This document shows, piece after piece, positions 1 to 6,739 of a stretch of 24,000 nt of DNA (within the stretch, counting starts at the first letter, position 1; each line of letters starts with the position of its first letter). The notes under the pieces are model-generated. The model made no database searches. It was not told where the DNA came from and was given only the letters and a program-made list of their open reading frames with translations. The stretch spans positions 1 through 24,000 of the forward strand of contig NZ_LAJY01000137.1 in assembly GCF_000963705.1 (NCBI RefSeq). Direction: 5' to 3'. The translations under genes were made by a program, and so were the position numbers. This DNA comes from Elstera litoralis (GTDB taxonomy: Bacteria > Pseudomonadota > Alphaproteobacteria > Elsterales > Elsteraceae).

Positions 1-1
1 T

Positions 2-427
2 CTCGCCGATGTCGCCAAGGCGCTGCTGCATCAGGTGCCGCACGTCGGCCTGACCATCGATCCCATCGAAGGGCGCGGCTTTGAGTATCACACCGGCGTC
101 GGCTTCACTCTTTTCGCCCGCACGGTGCGCGGCGAATTGGGGCGTGGCGGGCGCTATCGGGCCGGGCCGGAGCAGAGCGAGGCTTCGACCGGCGTGACGC
201 TGGAGATGGACGCGATCCTGCCCGCCGTGCCCGCACCGCCGCCGCGCAAGCGCCTCTTTTTGCCTGTTGGAACGCCAATCGACGTAGGCCCCCGCGCCCG
301 CGCCGAGGGCTGGATCACGATTGCCGGGCTTGACCCGTTGGAAGCGGTTGACGAAACCGCAAAGCGCCTAAACTGCCACGCAATTTTCCGGGGCGGTCGT
401 ATTATCGAGCTTGAGGAACGCGCATGA
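2..427 (+). CDS. hisZ: ATP phosphoribosyltransferase regulatory subunit HisZ, C-terminal part (5' end lies outside the window)
   Basis: The frame is open from the window edge. The translation ...[25 protein letters not shown]...GRGGRY resembles the HisZ/HisRS-like core. Stop TGA 425-427 overlaps the purA ATG (ATGA), a typical hisZ-purA arrangement. Confidence 0.75.
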   Translation, partial: LADVAKALLHQVPHVGLTIDPIEGRGFEYHTGVGFTLFARTVRGELGRGGRYRAGPEQSEASTGVTLEMDAILPAVPAPPPRKRLFLPVGTPIDVGPRARAEGWITIAGLDPLEAVDETAKRLNCHAIFRGGRIIELEERA

Positions 428-1715
428 GCCACGTTGTTGTAGTCGGCTCCCAGTGGGGAGACGAGGGGAAGGGCAAGATCGTCGATTGGCTGTCGGAACG
501 CGCCGATGTGGTCGTGCGCTTCCAGGGCGGCCATAACGCCGGTCACACGCTGGTTATCGACGGGACCGTCTATAAGCTCTCGCTGTTGCCCTCGGGCGTC
601 GTGCGCCAGGGCAAGCTGTCGGTGATCGGCAATGGCGTCGTCGTCGATCCCTGGGCCTTGCTCGCCGAAATCGAACGCATCGCCGCCCAAGGCGTGAAAC
701 TGACACCGGAAAACCTGCGCGTCGCCGATAATGCCGCCCTCATTCTGCCGCTGCACGGCGCGATTGACCGGGCGCGCGAAGAGGCGAGCGGCGCGTCGAA
801 AATCGGCACCACTGGGCGCGGTATCGGCCCGGCCTATGAAGATAAGGTTGCCCGCCGGGCGATCCGCGTCTGCGATCTGGCCGATCCGGCGGAACTGGGT
901 CAGAAGCTCGACCGGCTGCTGACCCATCATAACGCGCTGCTGCGCGGCCTGGGCGCGGCGGAGATGGACAAGGCCGAGCTGCTTCAGCAGTTGCTCGATC
1001 TCGCCCCGCGCCTACTGCCCTTCGCTGGGCCGGTCTGGCGCTTGCTGGACGCCGCCCATAAGGCCGACAAGCGCATTCTGTTCGAAGGCGCGCAAGGGGC
1101 GATGCTGGATGTCGATCACGGCACCTATCCCTTCGTCACCTCGTCCAATACGGTTGCCGGGCAGGCCGCCGCCGGATCGGGCCTCGGGCCGTCGGCGCTG
1201 TCCTATGTGCTGGGGATCACCAAAGCCTATACCACCCGCGTCGGCTCCGGCCCCTTCCCGACCGAGCTTACCGATGCCATCGGCGAGCGGATCGGCGCGA
1301 CGGGTAAGGAATTCGGCGTCGTTACCGGGCGCAAGCGCCGCTGCGGTTGGTTCGATGCCGTCATGGTCCGGCAAGCCATCAAAGTGGGCGGCATCACCGG
1401 CATCGCCCTGACCAAGCTGGACGTGCTGGACGGGTTCGACGAACTCAAAATCTGCACCGGCTATCGGTTGGACGGCGAAGAACTGGACTATCTCCCGGCG
1501 CTGGCCAGCGCCCAGGCGCGGGTCGAGCGATCTATGAAACCCTCGAAGGTTGGGCCGAAAGCACGCAAGGGGCGCGCTCCTGGGCCGATCTGCCCGCGAC
1601 GGCGATTAAATACATCCGCCGCCTCGAAGAACTGATCGAAGCGCCGGTCGCCTTGCTCTCCACTAGCCCGGAGCGCGATGATACGATTTTGGTCCGCGAC
1701 CCGTTCCACCCGTAA
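424..1715 (+). pseudogene. purA: adenylosuccinate synthetase PurA, frame broken as sequenced by a 1-nt deletion near 1528-1529
   Basis: The N-terminus [21 protein letters not shown]...GGHNAGHT is the canonical PurA P-loop. ORF 424..1635 loses similarity after ...AQARVE. ORF 1347..1715 (frame -1) carries the canonical C-terminus IYETLEGW...[45 protein letters not shown]. Restoring one C (GAG CCG ATC) gives about 430 aa. Confidence 0.9.
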
Positions 1716-1747
1716 AAGGGACGCTACGTGCCCTATACAAGCCCTTG

Positions 1748-1786
1748 TTTCGTGTCAGATTTTAAGTAATACAGTCTGACACGAAA
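1748..1786. repeat. perfect 12-bp inverted repeat (TTTCGTGTCAGA / TCTGACACGAAA) with a 15-nt AT-rich spacer
   Basis: Read directly: 1748-1759 is the reverse complement of 1775-1786. It sits in a local AT-rich island between purA and the kinase-like gene and is flanked by direct CTTGTT copies (1744-1749, 1789-1794). No T-tract follows on either strand, so it is not a classical terminator. Confidence 0.6.
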
Positions 1787-1945
1787 AACTTGTTGGAACC
1801 TAAAGCGATTCCACACAGAATAGGGTCGCACGGGTCTACCCAGTTCCCGCGAAATGCGTTGGGGGAATCAGGATGGCCGTGATGGCAGAATGTGGCACGC
1901 GGACGGTGATCGCCGTCGGCCGCCTCTCAGAATGAGTGGCACACG

Positions 1946-4040
1946 ATGGATTTGGCTGAGACGGAAACGCTTGATCTCGAAAACCCTATGGATGCGGCAG
2001 CCCCCGCGCCCGTAGAGGAGCGAGACGAGGATACGGAAGGACGCTCGGACGCGGTTGTCGAGCTGAAGCAACGCTTTCTGATCTATTCGGATCAGGCGCT
2101 GCCCCAGCTCGATTCAGGCGATTCCTTTGCGTTCCACGCCCAATTGAAGGCAGATACCGCCCGGCCTTTCTTCGCTCTCCTACCGCCCGCCGAAATGCCG
2201 GCGCGGACGGAGATGCTGGAGGCGATGCGGAACCTCAATGTGCCCGGCATGCTGAAACTTGCCGAATGGGGCAAGATCTATTGGCCGCCGGAAAAGCGCT
2301 ACCGCTTCGTTATCGTTCTGGAGCGTCCGGGCGGGGTGCGGGTTTTCCCCGACATCACCGTGCCGCAAGCACCGCTGCAAGAAGAAGAGTTGATCTCGGG
2401 CTTCTTGACACCGCTGCTCCCGACGGTCCGCGAGTTTACCGGGCGCATGCTGTCGCACCGGGCCATCCGCCCCAATAATATCTTCTATGCCGATGCGGGC
2501 CGCCGCTCGATGGTTTTGGGTGAATGCGTTTCCTCGCCGCCCGCCTACGATCAACCGGCAGTTTTTCGAAACCATCGAAAGCGCGATGGCGCACCCGAGC
2601 GCGCGCGGCAATGGCAATAATACCGACGATCTTTACTCGTTGGGCATTACCATGCTGTTCCTGGTTCTGGGCCGTAACCCGGTTTCGGACCTCGATGATG
2701 ATCGTATTCTCGCCAATAAGATCGAGTTCGGCACTTATGCCACGCTCGTCGGCCAAGCCCGGTTGCCGCTGGCGCTGATGGAGCCCCTGCGCGGGCTGCT
2801 CACCGACGATCCGCGTGAGCGCTGGACGCTGCAAGACCTCGATATGTGGCTGGCCGGGCGGCGGCAGTCGCCGAAACAGCCCAAGCTGCCGCAGCGCGCC
2901 TCACGCCCCTTCGTCTTCAACGAAGTTGAATATTTCAACACGCGCAGCCTCGCCAATGCTTTGGCGAAGGACTATATCAATGCCGTCACCGTCGTGCGCT
3001 CCAAGCAGCTCGACGCCTGGTTGCGCCGCAGCCTGAACGACGAGCCGCGCGCCGAAGCGATGCAGCAGGCGGTTTCCTCCACTGCCAATCACATTAGCGC
3101 TGGGCGCGGGTCGGAAGACCGGCTGGTGGCGCGCGCTTGTGTGCCGCTCGATCCGGCAGCCCCGATTCGCTATCGCGGGTTCGGCCTGAACGTCGATGGT
3201 ATCGGCCCGGCGCTGGCCTCGGCGATGAGCCATCGCGAGCGGCGGCAGTTGATCGCCGAAGTCATTTCCTCGCGCCTGCCGATCCATTGGATTTCGGCGC
3301 AAGCCAAACCGCGCCCGGAAGACCTGCGCGCGGTGCAATTGCTCGACCGGCTTCCGGCGATGATCGATAATCCCGCCATCGGGTATGGCGTCGAGCGCTG
3401 CCTCTACGAACTCAATCCCGGCGAACATTGCCATAGCCCGATTTTCGAGCGGGAATATGTCGCCGATCTTTCGCACATCGTTCCGGCGCTGGAACGGATG
3501 GCGCGGCGCTCCAACCGGCCCGAATCGCCGCTCGATCGCCATATCGTCGCCTTCATCGCCGCCCGCGCGCGGCGGATGAATGAGGATGTGGTGAAATCGC
3601 TGCAAAATCCCGATACGGCCACGCGCGCGCTCGCAACCTTGCGCTTGCTCGCCTCCGTGCAGGATCAGACCAATAGCGGCCCGGCCCCAGCCTTGGCGCA
3701 GTGGATGGCGGGAATGCTCGGCGGGGTTGTCGGGTCTTTCCACCACCGCAAGCGCCGCGAAAAAATTGGCGAGCGGGTGCGGCGTGCGGCGATGGACGGG
3801 CAAATGTCCGAACTTCTGTCGGTCGTCGACGATGAAGCGGAACGCGCCTCCGATACGCGCGGCTTTAACGAAGCCGCCTCGGAATATCGCGCCATCGAAT
3901 ATCAGCTCAAGCAGTTCGAAACCGAAAAGCCGCGCCGGGACGATGAATCCCGCCACTTCGGGGAACAGTTGGCGGCGGCTATCGGTGGATTGCTGGTCAG
4001 TGTGGTGACGGCCGTCACCATTTTTGCGACGATGATGTAA
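1946..4040 (+). pseudogene. tail-anchored protein-kinase-fold protein (predicted pseudokinase), frame broken as sequenced by a 1-nt insertion in the T5 run 2562-2566
   Basis: ORFs 1946..2620 and 2487..4040 join as ...SSPPAYDQPAVF|ETIESAMAHP.... Kinase-like subdomains are visible: HRAIRPNNIF (HRDxKxxN-like with Asp replaced by Ala), VLGE in place of DFG, DDLYSLGITMLFLVLGRNP, and DPRERW. A long non-kinase region follows, ending in a hydrophobic C-terminal helix LAAAIGGLLVSVVTAVTIFATMM. About 697 aa once corrected. Confidence 0.7.
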
Positions 4041-4053
4041 AGGGGCTGTTCCG

Positions 4054-4542
4054 ATGGCTGATATGCTGCGACGCCCAGGCCTGAACCGTGGGCAGAAGAA
4101 GAAAACCTCCTCCGTGGCACTCTTGGCCTGGATCATCGTGCCGGTGCTGATGGTTTTTGCCTGGAAGGTGGCCATTCTGGTAACGCTCGGCATGCTGCCG
4201 ACCTTGGTTGCCCTGGTGATCGACCGCCGCCCGGAAAAATATGCGGCCTATTGCGTCGGCGGTTTCAACCTCTGCGGCCTGGTGCCGTGGGTGGTGAAGC
4301 TTTTCGTTGATGGTCAAACCGGCCTTGCGCTGCAACATATTATGACCAACCCCTTCTCGTGGCTGGTGATCTATGGGGCGGCGGCAATGGGCTGGTTGGT
4401 CTTCTCCTGGACGCCGGAGCTGGTACTGCGCATGACCGCCTTCCGCGACCGCCAGGAAATTTCCTCGCTGCAAAAGCGCCAGGAAACCTTAGTGGAAGAA
4501 TGGGGGCCGGATATTATTCCGCCGCGTGCCGAAGAGTTCTAA
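4054..4542 (+). CDS. small integral membrane protein (about 4 TM segments), function unknown
   Basis: 162-aa ORF starting 13 nt after the kinase-like gene. It has four hydrophobic stretches (LLAWIIVPVLMVFAW, VAILVTLGMLPTLVALVI, YCVGGFNLCGLVPWVV, WLVIYGAAAMGWLVFSW) and is followed by a strong terminator. I recognise no family. Confidence 0.6.
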   Translation: MADMLRRPGLNRGQKKKTSSVALLAWIIVPVLMVFAWKVAILVTLGMLPTLVALVIDRRPEKYAAYCVGGFNLCGLVPWVVKLFVDGQTGLALQHIMTNPFSWLVIYGAAAMGWLVFSWTPELVLRMTAFRDRQEISSLQKRQETLVEEWGPDIIPPRAEEF

Positions 4543-4553
4543 ACACTGATATG

Positions 4554-4595
4554 AAAAACCCCCGCCGAACCTATGTTCGGCGGGGGTTTTCCTTT
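4554..4595. terminator. bidirectional rho-independent terminator
   Basis: 12-bp perfect GC-rich stem CCCCCGCCGAAC (4559-4570) / GTTCGGCGGGGG (4575-4586) with a 4-nt loop. An A-run lies upstream and a T-run downstream on both strands. It sits between the convergent membrane-protein gene (+) and the rsr/Y-RNA unit (-). Confidence 0.85.
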
Positions 4596-4609
4596 TCAGC
4601 CGCTTTTCA

Positions 4610-4723
4610 GTGCGACGAGGAAAGATTGAGTAGCAGCTTTCCCGTTTCCAGGAGCCGGGCTTGAACCGACATCTTCCCCCGCATTGGGGGCTGCTGTCCC
4701 AGGAACTCAACCCGCATTCGCAC
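4610..4723 (-). ncRNA. Y-RNA-like RNA with tRNA-like core (YrlA-type candidate), unit 2
   Basis: Minus-strand read. The closing helix is GTGCGA/TCGCAC and the inner helix is GGTTGAGT/ACTCAATC. A hairpin CCCCC-AATGC-GGGGG (4676-4690) follows, then a T-arm GTCGG-TTCAAGC-CCGGC (4654-4670), then a GAAA-tetraloop helix CCTG-GAAA-CGGG (4641-4652). It is co-linear with unit 1, with compensatory changes. It lies downstream of rsr, as known bacterial Y RNAs do. Confidence 0.6.
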
Positions 4724-4732
4724 CGAAGCGAA

Positions 4733-4857
4733 GGTGAGACGACGAAAGCCGATTGGGTAAGAGCTTCCCAGTTTCCCAGGACCGGATTTGAACCGGCACC
4801 CTTCCGCCCGTAAAGGCGGCTGCTCTACCAAGGAACCCAACCGATATTCGTCTCACC
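4733..4857 (-). ncRNA. Y-RNA-like RNA with tRNA-like core (YrlA-type candidate), unit 1
   Basis: Minus-strand read. The closing helix is GGTGAGAC/GTCTCACC and the inner helix is CGGTTGGG/CCCAATCG. It has a D-arm-like GTTCCTTGGTAGAGCA and a hairpin CCGCC-TTTACG-GGCGG (4804-4819). A T-arm GCCGG-TTCAAAT-CCGGT (4781-4797) follows, then a GAAA-capped helix CCTGG-GAAA-CTGGG (4767-4780). There is no canonical acceptor stem or CCA end. Confidence 0.65.
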
Positions 4858-4863
4858 CAACCG

Positions 4864-4981
4864 CGGGCGACGAAGGCTGGATTGAGGAAATGTGGGTCTG
4901 GTCTTAGGGGTGGGATGGCAAATGCCCCCCGCCCCCGGCCAAACTGGTCACAATCCCAGTACCCCAATCCGCATTCGCCCG
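4864..4981 (-). ncRNA. Y-RNA-like RNA without a tRNA-like core (YrlB-like candidate), unit 0
   Basis: Minus-strand read. The closing helix is CGGGCGA/TCGCCCG and the inner helix is GGATTGGGG/CCTCAATCC (one G-U). It shares the 5'-side CGAAT and 3'-side TTCGTCG loop motifs with units 1 and 2, but its central module differs: an ACTGG-GATTGTGA-CCAGT hairpin plus a G-run/C-run hairpin. Confidence 0.45.
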
Positions 4982-4990
4982 ATGCTCTAG

Positions 4991-5015
4991 CGCGCCTTGG
5001 CAAACTCAAGACGCG
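4991..5015 (-). other. 9-bp stem-loop immediately after the rsr stop codon
   Basis: Minus-strand CGCGTCTTG-AGTTTGC-CAAGGCGCG. One pair is a U-G wobble on the minus transcript but would be a C-A mismatch on the plus strand, so it folds better in the rsr sense. No U-tract follows. Confidence 0.5.
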
Positions 5016-6554
5016 CTAAACCGAAGTCTCCTTAATCAAACCCACCCAATCGCCCCCAGACTCCCGGGCGACAAAGCGGTGCATTGCCCCGAACATCCCA
5101 TCGGTAAAACCGCCGAGGTTGAGAATATCGGCGCGTTCCGGCGCTTGGGACGTCCCCAGGGCCTGAAGATCGATGCAGATCAACCGGGCTTCCGGGTTGC
5201 GCGCCTTCACCTCCTCCCAGGCCGCCAACAGCGCGGTACGCTCCGGCTGCGGCGCATCCGCCCAAGATTGATTATCCGAGAGGATAATCACCAGATCCAC
5301 CGCCGTCCGCAGTTCCACCAACGCCCGCAACGGCGCCGAAACCGCCGTGCCATTACCCTTCAGAGCCGCCAGCCGTGCGTGATTCGTCCCGAAATTCGCC
5401 TGCGGATCGAGCGTGATCGGCTGTACCCCCAAATCGAACGGCAGCACGCCAGCCTGCGGATTCTTGCGCAGAATCGCCACCGTCAGCAGCGCAGCCACAT
5501 CGATGCAGAGGAGCTTCGAACTGGCCGACTGCCGGTCTCCGGTCACGGGCGTCTGCATCGAGGGTGAAATATCCGGGCAAATCACTACCCGCCCCGGCAG
5601 TGCCGGAACTTCGGCCAGCGATTCCTCCAAAACCCCCAAGAGGGCAGCCTTGATCAGTTTCGGCACACGGGATTTAAGCGAGGCCAGGGCGATGAGCGCC
5701 TGGTGCGGCATGAGCTTGGCTTTCCGCGCCGCTGCCAGATTGCCCAGACGCGCGGCAACCCGCTCGGTCACGCCTGGAACGGCAAAGGCTCCATGCGCCG
5801 TCAGCGCATTCAGGTTCACCCGCAGCCCGTGCCAGCCCATCCGCTCGCTAAGCTCGGCCCACTGCGCCCCGGTCAACGGACGATGGGTGAGCCATTCGAA
5901 GGGAACCGGCGGCAAAGGCTGCGTCGAGTCCCGCTTCCAGGCCTCAAAGGCGGCAACTTCGGGCGGAAGCGCGGCAAGATCATAAGGCTTGCCGATCAAC
6001 CACCCGTAGAAGGCGCGCCGCGTCGCATCGGCGGGGCGCGGATGAACCAGCCGCACAATGTCGGCCAAGGACGGGTCTTTTCCCGTCGCCGCCTGAAGCA
6101 AAACCGGCATTGGGACTTCCTCCAGCCAGCGCTGCACTAGCCGCTTCGGGCGGGTGCCGAAGGATTTGCGGCCAACCCGGCCCGAACGCACAATCTGAAC
6201 GAAGGTCCGCAGCATCCGCCCGCTATCGATAACGGCGCGAAACACCGGAACCGACAAATCCGGCGCGGCGCGGGTGAGATAGGCCGTTAACAGGGCCGGC
6301 ATATCCTTCATCCGGGCCGTGTGGCGGGCGTAAATCGCCGTTTGCGCCACAAAGATCGGATCGACCTGCGCCGCCGCCGCCAGAACCGCCGTAAGTTGAT
6401 CCTCCGCCTTGCCGTAAAAGCCATCATAGAGCGTGCCTGTGCAGGCCATCTGCGCCAGAAGATGCTCCGCCCCATAGGCATAGGCCAGCGCCCCTTCCTG
6501 GTTACGCGAATGCCCTGTCGGCACTGCCGGGGCAAAAAGCTGGGGATTGGCCAT
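5016..6554 (-). CDS. rsr: Ro60-related protein Rsr (TROVE domain plus C-terminal vWA domain)
   Basis: The ORF is 518 aa in the track. I prefer the ATG at 6554, which has AGGAGG 7 nt upstream, giving 512 aa (MANPQLFAP...). The TROVE-like N-terminal two thirds include GALAYAYGAEHLLAQMACTGTLYDGFYGKAEDQL and FVAQTAIYARHTARMKD. The C-terminal vWA has the MIDAS-type motif DISPS. The gene is adjacent to structured RNAs and divergent from rtcR. Confidence 0.85.
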   Translation of the reverse strand: MANPQLFAPAVPTGHSRNQEGALAYAYGAEHLLAQMACTGTLYDGFYGKAEDQLTAVLAAAAQVDPIFVAQTAIYARHTARMKDMPALLTAYLTRAAPDLSVPVFRAVIDSGRMLRTFVQIVRSGRVGRKSFGTRPKRLVQRWLEEVPMPVLLQAATGKDPSLADIVRLVHPRPADATRRAFYGWLIGKPYDLAALPPEVAAFEAWKRDSTQPLPPVPFEWLTHRPLTGAQWAELSERMGWHGLRVNLNALTAHGAFAVPGVTERVAARLGNLAAARKAKLMPHQALIALASLKSRVPKLIKAALLGVLEESLAEVPALPGRVVICPDISPSMQTPVTGDRQSASSKLLCIDVAALLTVAILRKNPQAGVLPFDLGVQPITLDPQANFGTNHARLAALKGNGTAVSAPLRALVELRTAVDLVIILSDNQSWADAPQPERTALLAAWEEVKARNPEARLICIDLQALGTSQAPERADILNLGGFTDGMFGAMHRFVARESGGDWVGLIKETSV

Positions 6555-6587
6555 CGGAACCTCCTGTCTCACGAATGTGATGAGAAC

Positions 6588-6603
6588 TGCAGGCGGCGTG
6601 CCA
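6588..6603 (-). promoter_or_regulatory. sigma54 (-24/-12) promoter for rsr
   Basis: The minus strand reads TGGCACG-CCGC-CTGCA, against the consensus TGGCACG-N4-TTGCW. GG is at 6602-6601 and GC at 6590-6589, which is exact spacing. The GC dinucleotide is about 35 nt upstream of the rsr ATG. The divergent gene encodes a sigma54 activator. Confidence 0.75.
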
Positions 6604-6620
6604 ACCTCCGAACCTTCCCC

Positions 6621-6735
6621 CCATAATTCTATAAACCATTGTTTTATAGAGAACTATTTTATCGACGGGCGATGCAGGGTGATGACGGGTTTTGAAAATA
6701 ACGATATAGATTTATCGTATTTTATAGTATGAGAT
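6621..6735. promoter_or_regulatory. AT-rich divergent control region with repeated TTTTATAG-type motifs (candidate RtcR UAS and rtcR promoter)
   Basis: There is a sharp AT-rich island in a GC-rich context. An inverted repeat TCTATAAA (6628-6635) / TTTATAGA (6643-6650) has a 7-nt spacer. A second inverted repeat is ACGATA (6701-6706) / TATCGT (6713-6718). Another TTTTATAG copy sits at 6720-6727. It lies 30-140 nt upstream of the sigma54 promoter, the usual position for an enhancer. Confidence 0.4.
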
Positions 6736-6739
6736 AATC

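Noticed and set aside
1883-1951. TGGCAC/TGGCAG motifs (1883, 1893, 1937) upstream of the kinase-like gene as possible sigma54 promoters.
   Set aside because: None has a GC dinucleotide at the required spacing. Positions 14-15 read CA, GT and AT respectively. The last motif overlaps the start codon.
2901-4193. A 430-aa antisense ORF inside the kinase-like gene. Similar long antisense or alternate-frame ORFs occur at 154..930, 9903..10775, 11693..12553, 16983..17705, 20588..21262 and 21407..22186.
   Set aside because: They are typical high-GC shadow ORFs: Arg/Gly/Pro/Ala-rich, with no recognisable motifs. Each lies fully within a gene whose other-strand or other-frame translation has clear family signatures.
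4640-4830. Two bona fide tRNA genes on the minus strand (GGTTCAAAT / GGTTCAAGC T-loops, GGTAGAGCA D-arm).
   Set aside because: There is no 7-bp acceptor stem formed by sequence flanking the D and T arms. The hairpin loops are 5-6 nt rather than a 7-nt anticodon loop. A GAAA-capped helix follows the T-arm. The position immediately 3' of rsr fits tRNA-like Y RNAs better.
4489-5009. Minus-strand ORFs 4489..4710, 4607..4840 and 4707..5009 (73-100 aa) covering the rsr-downstream region.
   Set aside because: They overlap one another in different frames. They have no RBS and odd composition, and they coincide with strongly structured repeated RNA modules. They are most likely non-coding.
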